DNA of 60,119 bases from an uncultured Alphaproteobacteria bacterium (GTDB taxonomy: Bacteria > Pseudomonadota > Alphaproteobacteria > Methylaequorales > Methylaequoraceae), in assembly GCA_964484795.1 (NCBI GenBank), contig CAZAFN010000007.1, positions 1-60,119 on the forward strand, written 5' to 3'. The position numbers and the translations under genes are program-made. This document shows, one piece after another, positions 31,657 to 41,779 of this stretch; within the stretch, counting starts at the first letter, position 1; the number at the start of each line of letters is the position of its first letter. The notes under the pieces are model-generated. The model was not told where the DNA came from and searched no databases. It was given only the letters and a program-made list of their open reading frames with translations.

Positions 31657-32823
31657 ATGAAAATTTTAGCATTTATTTTTCTTGCATTGTTTTTTTCAGA
31701 ATCAAGTTCTTCTGAAAAGATAAGCAATTATAGAAAATATAAAACATCCCAAGTCAAATATAAATTAGAGAAAGTTGCATCATCATTTGATTATCCCTGG
31801 GGATTGACATTTATAGACAAAGATAATTTATTAGTGACCGAAAAAAATGGAAGACTTGTTAAAGTCAACGTTAAAACAGGAAAAACTCTAGATATCAATC
31901 ATAACATTCAAAGCATTCGCTACGATGGGGAAAGTATTGCTTATCAACAAGGAGGTTTGTTGGATGTCTATTCTCACAATGATGGACACATATATTTTTC
32001 ATATAGCCACGATTTTAAAGAAACTATTGGTGCTGACAAGAAACCAAGTAAATCTTCAAGCACAGCAATTGCTAGAGGAAAACTATCAGGCAATGAAATA
32101 AAGAACCTTGAGATTCTTTTAGTAGGTAAACCAAAGATTCACACAAACAAACATTTTGGTTCTAGAATAGTTATTAAAGATGATTACCTTTTTGCTGGTT
32201 TTGGTGAGCGTGATGCCGGAATGATAGCTCAGGATCCAACTCAACATCCTGGAAGTATTATACGAATAAAAAAAGATGGTAGCATTCCGATAGATAATCC
32301 AACATTCAAAGATCATCCTGAATGGCTACCTGAAATTTACCTGATTGGGGTTAGAAATCCCCAAGGAATGGCTATTTCTCCGCACAATCAAGAAATCTAT
32401 TTCTCACAACACGGGCCAATGGGAGGTGACAACATTTCAAAAGTAACTTATGCCGCTAATTTTGGTTGGAAAGATGTCGCTTGGGGTGGTAGTGAATACT
32501 CAGGTAAAAAGATTGGAAATGTTCCTTTTAAAGACAAATACAATAAACCTATAATAACCTGGGTCCCGTCAATGGCCATCGGCAATATTCAATTTTATCA
32601 TGGGAATGCATTTCCAGAGTGGAAAGGTGATCTTATTGTTTCAGCCACAAAAGCGCAAATGTTATTGCGCTTAAATTTTGAGAATAATCAGATTGTAGAC
32701 AAAGAAATAATTCTTAAAGATAAGATTGGCAGAATTAGAGATTTTGAGATAGATCATAATGGAAATATTTTCATCATAACTGATGAATCAAATTCATCTT
32801 TATGGCGTATATCAGCAAAGTAA
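31657..32823 (+). CDS. PQQ-dependent soluble sugar dehydrogenase (YliI/Asd family), exported
   Basis: Signal peptide; PWGL.F, QGGLLDV, HFGSRI, DGSIPIDNP, GVRNPQG, GRIRD. Confidence 0.88.
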   Translation: MKILAFIFLALFFSESSSSEKISNYRKYKTSQVKYKLEKVASSFDYPWGLTFIDKDNLLVTEKNGRLVKVNVKTGKTLDINHNIQSIRYDGESIAYQQGGLLDVYSHNDGHIYFSYSHDFKETIGADKKPSKSSSTAIARGKLSGNEIKNLEILLVGKPKIHTNKHFGSRIVIKDDYLFAGFGERDAGMIAQDPTQHPGSIIRIKKDGSIPIDNPTFKDHPEWLPEIYLIGVRNPQGMAISPHNQEIYFSQHGPMGGDNISKVTYAANFGWKDVAWGGSEYSGKKIGNVPFKDKYNKPIITWVPSMAIGNIQFYHGNAFPEWKGDLIVSATKAQMLLRLNFENNQIVDKEIILKDKIGRIRDFEIDHNGNIFIITDESNSSLWRISAK

Positions 32824-32824
32824 T

Positions 32825-33736
32825 TTAATTTAAATCCAACAAAGCATCAGAAAATTCTTTTGCTTTAAAATCGACTAAATCCTCTTTTCTCTCCCCTGTT
32901 CCAATTGAAGTTATTGGGATTTTTAATTGTTCTGCAATTGGAACTAAAACGCCACCTTTTGCAGTCCCATCTAGCTTGGTAACTATTAAACTATCTATGT
33001 TACAGATATCTTTGAATACTTCTGCCTGTTTGATCGAGTTTTGCCCGATATTACCATCCAAAATTAATATTGTTTCTTGCGGATAATTTTCATTAATTTT
33101 TTTTATCACTCGAATTATCTTTGATAATTCATTCATCAAATCTGCTTTGTTGTGAAGTCTTCCAGCTGTATCAATTAATAAAACATCAAGCTTTTGCTTT
33201 TTTGCCTCTTCTACAGAACTATATGAAAGGGCAGCTGGGTCGGAACATTCCTTTCCTGAGAAAAAAATTGATTCTGTTCTATCCGCCCAAACTTTTAGCT
33301 GCTCAGTTGCAGCCGCTCTAAATGTATCAGCCGCAACGATTCCAACTTTTTTTCCTTGGCTCCCAAACTTGTGAGCAATCTTTCCAACCGTTGCCGTTTT
33401 TCCCACTCCATTAACACCAACGATCAATATTACGTAGGGAATTTTTTTAATCTTAAGTTGTTTTTCCAAAGGATTTAACAAATCAACTATTTTTTTTTTA
33501 ATAATCAATTTGACCTTATCTGCTGAAGGTTCAATCAACTTTGATTTTCTTAGTTCATAAATAATCTTTGATGAAAAATTAACACCAAGGTCTGATGAAA
33601 TCAGCAAATCCTCAAGTTCTTCAAGCGTGGAGTCATCAATTTTTTTACTCTTGAAAATTTTCTTTATGCCACCTGTAATTTTTTTAGATGACTTTGACAA
33701 TCCTCCACGTAATTTTTTTATCCACCCAAAAACCAT
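32825..33736 (-). CDS. ftsY: Signal recognition particle receptor FtsY
   Basis: GVNGVGKT, DTFRAAA, DTAGR, TKLDGTAKGG. Confidence 0.97.
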   Translation of the reverse strand: MVFGWIKKLRGGLSKSSKKITGGIKKIFKSKKIDDSTLEELEDLLISSDLGVNFSSKIIYELRKSKLIEPSADKVKLIIKKKIVDLLNPLEKQLKIKKIPYVILIVGVNGVGKTATVGKIAHKFGSQGKKVGIVAADTFRAAATEQLKVWADRTESIFFSGKECSDPAALSYSSVEEAKKQKLDVLLIDTAGRLHNKADLMNELSKIIRVIKKINENYPQETILILDGNIGQNSIKQAEVFKDICNIDSLIVTKLDGTAKGGVLVPIAEQLKIPITSIGTGERKEDLVDFKAKEFSDALLDLN

Positions 33737-33737
33737 T

Positions 33738-34985
33738 TTAAATTTCAGCCATTAATCTATCATTTTTTTTAGAAACAACTCTAACGCTTATAACGGATCC
33801 AATTGCTTTTTTCATGTTTAATTGGGCCTTCTCACCAATCAAAGAAACTTTGTAATAATCATCTGTGTAACTTTTTTTATTTGACTCAAATAAAATTTCA
33901 ACTTTTCTTCCTATTTTTTTTTTCATCAGATTGGATAAAATTTTTCTACTAGTTTTTCTAATTTTTTTAACTCTTTGGATCTTCAAGTTTTCATCTACTT
34001 GAGGCATTTTTGATGCCGGGGTCCCCTTCTTAGGTGAAAATGGGAAAATATGAACGTTTGAAAAATTACAATCCTCAATCAAATCTATGGTATTATTGAA
34101 GTTTTTTTCATTCTCAGTTGGAAAACCAACAATCACATCTGAACCAAAAGTCATTTCAGGTCTTGTCAATTTTATTTTCTTACAAATTTCTAAAACCTGC
34201 TCTCTTGAATGTCTCCGTTTCATTCTTTTTAAAATTAAATTATCACCAGATTGAAGGGAAAGATGAAGATGAGGCATCAATCTTTTTTCATATTTAAATA
34301 GGTACATTAAATCTTCATCTATTTCAGCTGGATCGACAGATGAAAGTCTGACTCGCATTAGATTAGGATGAATACTCAAAAGTCTTCTCAGCATACTTCC
34401 AAGCTTTGGTTTTCCAGGCAAATCTTCACCAAATGATGTTAAATCAACTCCAGTGAAAGTTATTTCTCTATAACCCATTTCAACTATCTTCTTTATTCTA
34501 TTAGAAATCTCTCCTATTGGAAGGCTAACTGCATCACCACGACCAAATGGAATGATGCAAAAAGTACATCTGTGATTACATCCTTGTTGGATCTGAAGAG
34601 TTGCACGAGTTCTACTGGTGGAATATTCAGAAACATCTGGAAATCTATATTTGGCATTTTTAATACCATTTATTTTTTTGTAAGAAAATAGTTGTGTTTT
34701 ATACCTATTATCAATAATTCTTCTGACATTTTTTAAATTTAAGAAACGTGTCTTGTCAACTTGGCTTGCACAACCTGTAACTATAATTTCATAATCTGGA
34801 TGAGTTTTGGCAACTTTGTTGATTTCATAAATTGACTTTTGGACAGCTTGATTGGTAACAGCACATGTATTTACAACAATTTTTTTTTGAAGATGATTTT
34901 TTGATAAAATGTTTTTAATTACCTCTGCCTCAGAAAAGTTCAATCTACAACCTAAATTTATTACTTTGGAAGATTTTTTAATCAT
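33738..34985 (-). CDS. mtaB: tRNA t6A methylthiotransferase MtaB
   Basis: LGCRLN, NTCAVT, radical-SAM CNHRCTFC; conserved dapF-mtaB-ftsY order. Confidence 0.92.
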   Translation of the reverse strand: MIKKSSKVINLGCRLNFSEAEVIKNILSKNHLQKKIVVNTCAVTNQAVQKSIYEINKVAKTHPDYEIIVTGCASQVDKTRFLNLKNVRRIIDNRYKTQLFSYKKINGIKNAKYRFPDVSEYSTSRTRATLQIQQGCNHRCTFCIIPFGRGDAVSLPIGEISNRIKKIVEMGYREITFTGVDLTSFGEDLPGKPKLGSMLRRLLSIHPNLMRVRLSSVDPAEIDEDLMYLFKYEKRLMPHLHLSLQSGDNLILKRMKRRHSREQVLEICKKIKLTRPEMTFGSDVIVGFPTENEKNFNNTIDLIEDCNFSNVHIFPFSPKKGTPASKMPQVDENLKIQRVKKIRKTSRKILSNLMKKKIGRKVEILFESNKKSYTDDYYKVSLIGEKAQLNMKKAIGSVISVRVVSKKNDRLMAEI

Positions 34986-34988
34986 AAA

Positions 34989-35819
34989 CTACCCAAATCT
35001 TTTTAGATCAATCCTACCTTCAAAAACCTCAACTGCATTTCCAATCATAAAAATATGATTATCATTTGAAATTTCAACATCTAAATTTCCACCTCTCATA
35101 TGAACATTAACTTTTTTTTCACAGAAATTTTTCTTATTAGAAGCAATTACACTAGCACATGCTCCCGTTCCACATGCGCTAGTCATACCTACGCCTCTTT
35201 CAAAAGTCATTGAAGAAATTTGATTTCTTGAAATTATCTTAACTGCACTCACATTTATTCCTTGAGGAAATAAAGAATCATTAATTAGATTTTTGCAATT
35301 ACTAACAAACCTTTTTTCTACTAATTCATCTACAAAAAAGCCAAGATGAGGATTGCCAATATTTAAAGCAAAGCCTCCTTTAAGGTAGTCTAATTTTATT
35401 TCCATATTATAATTATCAACATTGTGCCCAAGTGGAATTTCCTTCCATCCAAATTTAGGCGTTCCGAGATCGACAATGATCTTATCTTTACTTTCTTCCT
35501 CAATATCAATAAGTCCAGAAATGGTTTCAACTACAATATTTTTTTTTTTTGACTTTCTAAAAAAATACTTTCCTATACACCTAAGTGCATTTCCACAAAC
35601 CTCTGCTTCTGATCCATCAGAATTATAAAAAGAGGCTTTTAAATCTGAAAAATTATCTTTTTTTTCTTGTAAAAAAACAACTAGATCACATCCAACTCCT
35701 TTTTCTCTATTGGATAGATTTTCAATGATTTTTTTACTTATCTGAACTTCATCTTCCATCAAAATTATGACGAAATCATTCCCCAAAGCATGCATTTTTA
35801 AAAAATTTACTAAATCCAT
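34989..35819 (-). CDS. dapF: Diaminopimelate epimerase
   Basis: KMHALGNDF, CGNALRC, GNPH, ERGVG.TSACGTG. Confidence 0.95.
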   Translation of the reverse strand: MDLVNFLKMHALGNDFVIILMEDEVQISKKIIENLSNREKGVGCDLVVFLQEKKDNFSDLKASFYNSDGSEAEVCGNALRCIGKYFFRKSKKKNIVVETISGLIDIEEESKDKIIVDLGTPKFGWKEIPLGHNVDNYNMEIKLDYLKGGFALNIGNPHLGFFVDELVEKRFVSNCKNLINDSLFPQGINVSAVKIISRNQISSMTFERGVGMTSACGTGACASVIASNKKNFCEKKVNVHMRGGNLDVEISNDNHIFMIGNAVEVFEGRIDLKRFG

Positions 35820-35841
35820 AATTTAAAATTTATAAAACAAC

Positions 35842-35870
35842 TTTAAGAATTAAATGTTTTTTGTTATAAA
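35842..35870 (+). promoter_or_regulatory. Candidate sigma-70 promoter for the ffh operon
   Basis: TTTAAG-17 bp-TATAAA with extended TG; weak evidence in AT-rich DNA. Confidence 0.35.
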
Positions 35871-35886
35871 AACAATCAAATATTTT

Positions 35887-35920
35887 AGTCAGTCCACGAG
35901 TTTCGTGCACTGACTTTTTT
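35887..35920 (+). promoter_or_regulatory. ffh 5' leader hairpin (candidate cis-regulatory RNA)
   Basis: AGTCAGT-C-CACGA-GTT-TCGTG-C-ACTGACT followed by a T run; GC-rich island ending about 25 nt before the ffh ATG. Confidence 0.65.
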
Positions 35921-35942
35921 AGTTTATAAAACTGGATTAATT

Positions 35943-37325
35943 ATGTTTGCTAATTTAACAGATAAGATAAACAGTGTTTTTGATAAATTAAAAGGTCGTG
36001 GTGTAATTGATGACACATCACTTAACGATGCTTTAAGAGAAATTCGTGTTGCACTTCTAGAATCGGATGTCTCCCTTTCTGTTGCCAAAGACTTCATTGA
36101 AAAGGTTCGTGAACAAGCTCTTGGAAAGAAAGTAGTTAAAAGCATTAGTCCTGGTCAGATGGTGATAAAAATTGTTAACGATGAGTTAACCAAACTTCTT
36201 GGGTCTGAAAACTCTGAAATAAATTTAAAGGCAAAAACACCAATTTTAATGATGATGGTTGGTCTCCAAGGTTCTGGAAAAACAACATCTACTGCAAAAT
36301 TGGCAAATTGGCTTAATAAAAATCATAAAAAAAAAGTTATGATTGCTTCTCTTGACATTTATAGACCTGCTGCTCAAGAACAATTAGTTAAACTTGGAAA
36401 TCAAAATAATATTGAAACCCTTAATGTTCAAACTGATAAAAATCCACTAGAAATAGCAAAATTAGCAATCGAACAAGCTAAATCCAATCAATCTGATATT
36501 CTAATCTTGGATAGTGCAGGTAGAAATCACATTGACAAAAAAATGATGAATGAAATCTCTGAAATTTCATCTAATTTTGATTTCACTGAAATACTATTAG
36601 TTAGCGACTCAATGACTGGACAAGATGCAGTTAATACAGCGAAAAGTTTTTCGGAAAAAATAAACTTGAGTGGCATTATTTTAACTAGGGTAGATGGAGA
36701 TAGCCGGGGTGGTGCTGCTCTTTCAATGAGATTTATCACTAACAAACCAATTAAATTCATAGGCGTAGGCGAAAAAATCAATGATTTAGAAATTTTTTAT
36801 CCAGATAGAATTGCTAATAGAATTTTGGGTATGGGTGATGTCGTAACGCTAGTGGAAAAGGCAACTGAGCAAATTGACCAAGAAGATGCAAAAAAACTGC
36901 AAAGCAAAATTCTAAAGGGGAGGTTCTCTCTCCATGACTATTCAAAACAACTTGACCAATTAACAAAAATGGGAGGAATTGAAAGTTTTTTAAAATATTT
37001 GCCAGGTTTAGGCAGTTTAAAGGAAAAAGTTGAAGAATCTCTAGAGAATAATGACGTTTTCAAGAAACAAAAGGCGATAATATCTTCAATGACAGATAAG
37101 GAAAAAAATTTTCCTGATGTCATCAAGGCATCAAGAAAAATTAGAATTTCTAAAGGGTCAGGGACATCCGTACAAGATATAAACAAGCTTCTGAAGCAAT
37201 TTAAAAAAATGGGACAAATGATGAAAAAAATGGGTAAAAACAAGAATTTTGATAATCTCATGAAATCTAATCAATTAGAGGACATTCAATCACTGATGAA
37301 TAAAAACAAGAATTTTAATTTGTAA
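35943..37325 (+). CDS. ffh: Signal recognition particle protein
   Basis: GLQGSGKTT, DIYRPAA, DSAGR, RILGMGD, Met-rich M domain. Confidence 0.98.
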   Translation: MFANLTDKINSVFDKLKGRGVIDDTSLNDALREIRVALLESDVSLSVAKDFIEKVREQALGKKVVKSISPGQMVIKIVNDELTKLLGSENSEINLKAKTPILMMMVGLQGSGKTTSTAKLANWLNKNHKKKVMIASLDIYRPAAQEQLVKLGNQNNIETLNVQTDKNPLEIAKLAIEQAKSNQSDILILDSAGRNHIDKKMMNEISEISSNFDFTEILLVSDSMTGQDAVNTAKSFSEKINLSGIILTRVDGDSRGGAALSMRFITNKPIKFIGVGEKINDLEIFYPDRIANRILGMGDVVTLVEKATEQIDQEDAKKLQSKILKGRFSLHDYSKQLDQLTKMGGIESFLKYLPGLGSLKEKVEESLENNDVFKKQKAIISSMTDKEKNFPDVIKASRKIRISKGSGTSVQDINKLLKQFKKMGQMMKKMGKNKNFDNLMKSNQLEDIQSLMNKNKNFNL

Positions 37326-37337
37326 AGGAGTAAATTT

Positions 37338-37922
37338 ATGGCTGTTACTTTAAGATTATCACGAGGAGGTTCTAAGAAAAGACCTTTCTTTAGAATTGTT
37401 GCTGCTGATGTAAGGGCACCAAGAGATGGCAGATATCTTGAACGTTTGGGGACATACAATCCTATGAAAAAGAAAGATGATCCAGAAAGAATAACATTAA
37501 ACAAAGAAAGAATTCAACATTGGATTTCAGTAGGTGCAAGACCATCGTTACGAGTGACAAAGTTTTTAGCCCTTCAGGGATTGGCTGAAAAACCTGTAAT
37601 ACCAAAACAAACAAAACAAGATAAACCAAGAAAAAAAACTTTAGAGAAACAACAGGCTAAAGAAGAAAAATTAAAATCCAAAAAAGAAATGTCAGATGCG
37701 GCTAAAACAGCAACTGATGCAAAGTCCACTGAATCATCTGATTCTTCGGATACTCCAGCAGAACAACCAGTTGAAGCTAAAACTGCATCAGAACAAAAAC
37801 CAGCAGAACAACCAGCTGAAGCTAAAACTGCATCAGAACAAAAACCAGCAGAACAACCAGCTGAAAAAATCACTTCAACAATACAAAAAGATCCATTAGC
37901 AAATAAAGGGGAAACGAAATAA
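37338..37922 (+). CDS. rpsP: 30S ribosomal protein S16 with long C-terminal extension
   Basis: [27 protein letters not shown]; SD AAGGAG upstream. Confidence 0.96.
   Translation: MAVTLRLSRGGSKKRPFFRIVAADVRAPRDGRYLERLGTYNPMKKKDDPERITLNKERIQHWISVGARPSLRVTKFLALQGLAEKPVIPKQTKQDKPRKKTLEKQQAKEEKLKSKKEMSDAAKTATDAKSTESSDSSDTPAEQPVEAKTASEQKPAEQPAEAKTASEQKPAEQPAEKITSTIQKDPLANKGETK
37755..37865 (+). repeat. 45-bp coding tandem repeat (about 2.5 copies; PAEQP[V/A]EAKTASEQK)
   Basis: Units start at 37755, 37800 and 37845; the two full copies differ at one base. Confidence 0.92.
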
Positions 37923-37987
37923 TTATTATTTAATCTGATATTCAGAATTAGAGGAGATAAAATATAAAATCAGTTAAAAATGAAAAT

Positions 37988-38467
37988 TTGATAATCGTAG
38001 CTAAATTTGGAAAGGTATTTGGTGTCAAAGGTCACATTTTGGTTCATAGTTTTTTTTCAAGAAAATTTGACATACTAAATTACAAACAATTCTTTCTTGA
38101 GAAAAAGGTGCCAATTAATTTAACAATATTCAAAAAAAATGAAAAATTAATTGCTAGTGTGAGTTCAAAAAAAATCCCTGAAAAAATTAACAAGTTTGTC
38201 GGAAAACACCTTTATATCCTAAATGACACTCTTCCAAAGCTAAAAAAAAAACAGTTTTATTTTAATGATCTAGAAAAAATGTCCGCTTGTGTTAATGACA
38301 ATGTTGTTGGTTACGTAAAAAAAGTCAACAACCATGGCGCAGGTGACTACCTAGAAATTAAGAAAAATAAAGATGAATTGCTTGTACCATTTAATAAAGA
38401 TCATATTTTGAAAGTTGATTTGGAAAAAAAGTTGATTTATTTAAACCCAATTTATTATGAAATTTAA
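37988..38467 (+). CDS. rimM: 16S rRNA processing protein RimM
   Basis: GKVFGVKG, FYFNDL, NHGAGDYLEI, LLVPF; rpsP-rimM-trmD-rplS order. Start uncertain. Confidence 0.9.
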   Translation: MIIVAKFGKVFGVKGHILVHSFFSRKFDILNYKQFFLEKKVPINLTIFKKNEKLIASVSSKKIPEKINKFVGKHLYILNDTLPKLKKKQFYFNDLEKMSACVNDNVVGYVKKVNNHGAGDYLEIKKNKDELLVPFNKDHILKVDLEKKLIYLNPIYYEI

Positions 38468-39167
38468 TGTTCTAACACTATTTCCTGAAATGTTTCCAGG
38501 ACCCTTGGGTTTTTCTTTGTGTGGAAAAGCATTAGAAAAAAAATTATTTGAAATAAAAACGGTCAACATAAGAGATTTTGCCAAAAATAAAGCAAAAACC
38601 GTTGATGATGTTCCTTTTGGCGGAGGGGCAGGAATGTTATTAAGACCTGACATTCTTCAAAAATCACTAGAATTTACCAAAAGAAAAATTAAAAAGAAAA
38701 ATACTACTATATACCTATCCCCTGGAGGCAAAAAACTTAACCATCAATTAGCAAAGAATTTAATTAAGTTTGATGAAATAATAATAATATGTGGAAGGTA
38801 TGAAGGAATTGATAATCGTTTTCTAAATTATAATTCAATTGACGAAATTTCTGTTGGAGATTATGTTCTTTCTGGAGGGGAAATTGCTTCTTTTATTTTA
38901 ATCGATACTTGCGTAAGATTAATACCAAATGTATTGGGAAATAAAAAAAGTTTGAGTTCTGAAAGTTTTAATAATAACTTACTAGAATATCCTCAGTATA
39001 CACAACCTTTCAAATGGAAAGAAATTAGTGTTCCTGAGGTTTTAAGAAGTGGAAACCATCAAAAAATTTCAGATTGGAGATTGAAAAAGTCGATAGAAAA
39101 AACTAAAAAGATAAGACCAGATTTATTTGAATTATATTTAAAGAAAAAAAATAAGGAAGAATTATGA
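38457..39167 (+). CDS. trmD: tRNA (guanine-N1)-methyltransferase
   Basis: [39 protein letters not shown]. Confidence 0.97.
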   Translation: MKFNVLTLFPEMFPGPLGFSLCGKALEKKLFEIKTVNIRDFAKNKAKTVDDVPFGGGAGMLLRPDILQKSLEFTKRKIKKKNTTIYLSPGGKKLNHQLAKNLIKFDEIIIICGRYEGIDNRFLNYNSIDEISVGDYVLSGGEIASFILIDTCVRLIPNVLGNKKSLSSESFNNNLLEYPQYTQPFKWKEISVPEVLRSGNHQKISDWRLKKSIEKTKKIRPDLFELYLKKKNKEEL

Positions 39168-39706
39168 ATTTGCTAGAAAATTATGAAAAAAATCATTTAA
39201 ATGAGTTATCTTCGGGAAAGTCTTACCCCAAATTCAACCCAGGAGATACACTTAAGGTTCATCTTAAAGTCAAAGAAGGTGAAAAGGAAAGAATACAGGT
39301 TTTCGAAGGCGTATGCATTGCAAAAAAAAATGCCGGTTTGAATTCTTCATTTACAGTAAGAAAAATTTCATATGGTGAAGGAATTGAAAGAGTCTTACCA
39401 TTGTATTCACCTCAAATCAGTAAGATTGAATTGGTAAAAAGTGGAGATGTAAAAAGGTCAAAACTTTATTATATTAGAAGTAGAAGTGGTAAATCTGCTA
39501 GAATAACTGAAAAAAACCTCTTTAATCAAAACCTAGTTAGCGATCAAATAGATGAAACAAAAAGTGTCTCGAGTGAACCTAAAAAAGAATTAGATGCAAA
39601 AGAAAGTAAAAGCAAAAAAAATGAGATTGATAAAAAAATAGAAATTTCTGAGCCAAAGGAAAAAGTTGTTGAACAAGAAAAATCTGATTCTGATAAGAAA
39701 AAATAA
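39164..39706 (+). CDS. rplS: 50S ribosomal protein L19 with charged C-terminal tail
   Basis: [31 protein letters not shown]. Confidence 0.96.
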   Translation: MNLLENYEKNHLNELSSGKSYPKFNPGDTLKVHLKVKEGEKERIQVFEGVCIAKKNAGLNSSFTVRKISYGEGIERVLPLYSPQISKIELVKSGDVKRSKLYYIRSRSGKSARITEKNLFNQNLVSDQIDETKSVSSEPKKELDAKESKSKKNEIDKKIEISEPKEKVVEQEKSDSDKKK

Positions 39707-39740
39707 TTTTCACCTTTTTTTCTTTTTCAACCATTGAAAA

Positions 39741-41135
39741 ATGAAACCCCAAACAATTTTCGATAAAATATGGAATAACCATCTAGTCGAGAAACAAGAT
39801 GACGGCACTTGTTTGATTTACATAGATCGACATCTAGTTCATGAGGTAACAAGCCCTCAGGCATTTGAAGGGCTAAGAAACTCTATGAGAAAGGTCAGAA
39901 GACCAGATTATACATTTGCAGTTGCTGATCATAATGTTCCAACAACAGATCGTTCCAAGGGGATTAAAGATAAAGAAAGCAAAATACAAGTTGAAACACT
40001 GGAAAAAAATTGTGATGAATTTGGTGTAAATCTTTTTCCATTACTGGATAAAAGGCAGGGGATAGTTCACATTGTTGGACCTGAACAAGGCATAACTCAA
40101 CCTGGTATGACTATTGTTTGCGGAGATAGCCATACAGCTACTCATGGAGCTTTTGGTGCTTTAGCATTTGGCATTGGGACCAGTGAGGTTGAACATGTTT
40201 TGGCCACACAAACTCTCATTCAAAAACATGCTAAAAATATGAGAATCTCAGTTAAAGGAACAATTAGTCCCAGTGTGACTTCTAAAGATATTATTCTTAA
40301 AATTATAGGTGAGATTGGAACAGCTGGTGGCACAGGTTATGTAATTGAATATTCTGGTGAAACTATAATGAACCTTTCTATGGAAGGAAGAATGACCATA
40401 TGTAATATGAGTATTGAAGGAGGCGCCAGAGCCGGACTCATTGCTCCTGACAAGAAAACCTTTGAATATATAAAAGGCAGACCTTATGCCCCCAAAGGAC
40501 CTGACTGGAAAAGGGCTGTTGAATATTGGAAAAAACTTCCCTCTGACGAACAAGCCAAATATGACAAAGAAATAATTATAAAAGCAAATACCATCGAACC
40601 TCAAGTCACTTGGGGTACAAGTCCTCAGGATGTAGCATCTGTTAATGGATATGTTCCTGACCCTAAAAAAGTCAAAGATATTAATCGACGCAATGCAATC
40701 AGAAGATCTCTAGAATATATGGGACTAAGACCAAATCAAAAGATTAAAGAAATAAAAATCGACAAAGTATTTATTGGTTCTTGTACTAATGGGAGAATAG
40801 AAGATTTAAGAGAAGTTGCTAAAGTCGTCAATGGAAAAAAAGTTATTGTCGATGCAATGATTGTCCCTGGGTCAGGCTTAGTGAAGGAGCAGGCTGAAGA
40901 AGAAGGTTTAGATAAAATACTAATTGATGCTGGTTTTGATTGGCGTGAACCTGGCTGTTCAATGTGTTTGGCAATGAATCCTGATCAATTAAAACCAAAA
41001 GAAAGATGTGCTTCTACGTCTAATAGAAATTTTGAAGGAAGACAAGGAAGAGAAGGTAGAACCCATCTTGTTAGCCCAGCTATAGCTGCTGCAACAGCTA
41101 TTAAAGGAAAGTTAAGTTTGGTTGAGGACTTATAA
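39741..41135 (+). CDS. leuC: 3-isopropylmalate dehydratase large subunit
   Basis: [46 protein letters not shown]. Confidence 0.98.
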   Translation: MKPQTIFDKIWNNHLVEKQDDGTCLIYIDRHLVHEVTSPQAFEGLRNSMRKVRRPDYTFAVADHNVPTTDRSKGIKDKESKIQVETLEKNCDEFGVNLFPLLDKRQGIVHIVGPEQGITQPGMTIVCGDSHTATHGAFGALAFGIGTSEVEHVLATQTLIQKHAKNMRISVKGTISPSVTSKDIILKIIGEIGTAGGTGYVIEYSGETIMNLSMEGRMTICNMSIEGGARAGLIAPDKKTFEYIKGRPYAPKGPDWKRAVEYWKKLPSDEQAKYDKEIIIKANTIEPQVTWGTSPQDVASVNGYVPDPKKVKDINRRNAIRRSLEYMGLRPNQKIKEIKIDKVFIGSCTNGRIEDLREVAKVVNGKKVIVDAMIVPGSGLVKEQAEEEGLDKILIDAGFDWREPGCSMCLAMNPDQLKPKERCASTSNRNFEGRQGREGRTHLVSPAIAAATAIKGKLSLVEDL

Positions 41136-41741
41136 ATGGAAAAATTTGTTAAGATCACAGGTATAGCCGCTCATCTGCCAATGATTAACATCGATACGGA
41201 TATGATAATTCCCAAGCAGTTTTTAAAGACAATCAAAAGATACGGATTAGGAAAGAATCTTTTCCATGAACTAAGATATGATTTAAACGGAAATCTAAGA
41301 AATGACTTTGTTTTAAATTGGGATCCCTACAAAAACGCTTGCATTCTAATTACTGGAGAAAATTTTGGTTGTGGAAGCAGTAGAGAACATGCCCCATGGT
41401 CTCTATTGGATTTTGGTTTTAAGTGCATCATTGCACCAAGTTTTGCAGACATTTTTTTTAATAACTGTTTTAAAAACGGAATTCTTCCAATCAGATTGTC
41501 TCAAAAAAATGTAGATTATTTATCGAAAGATGCAGAAAGAAAAAAAATGTTGACAATTGATCTAATCAATCAATCAATTATAAGAGATGATGGAACGTCA
41601 ATTTCATTTGATGTCGATGCTTTCAGAAAAAAATGTTTAATTGAAGGGTTAGATGACATCGCACTGACATTAAAAAAATCTAAAAAGATAGATGCTTATG
41701 AATCTGAAATTAGCAAAAGTAAACCATGGATAATCAAATAA
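41136..41741 (+). CDS. leuD: 3-isopropylmalate dehydratase small subunit
   Basis: [26 protein letters not shown]. Confidence 0.97.
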   Translation: MEKFVKITGIAAHLPMINIDTDMIIPKQFLKTIKRYGLGKNLFHELRYDLNGNLRNDFVLNWDPYKNACILITGENFGCGSSREHAPWSLLDFGFKCIIAPSFADIFFNNCFKNGILPIRLSQKNVDYLSKDAERKKMLTIDLINQSIIRDDGTSISFDVDAFRKKCLIEGLDDIALTLKKSKKIDAYESEISKSKPWIIK

Positions 41742-41779
41742 ACAATAAATTTTGAATTAAAAAAACCTTAGAGAATATA

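Noticed and set aside
37574-37899. Repetitive ORFs 37574-37873 (-) and 37696-37899 (+)
   Set aside because: Antisense and alternate-frame shadows of the rpsP 45-bp repeat.
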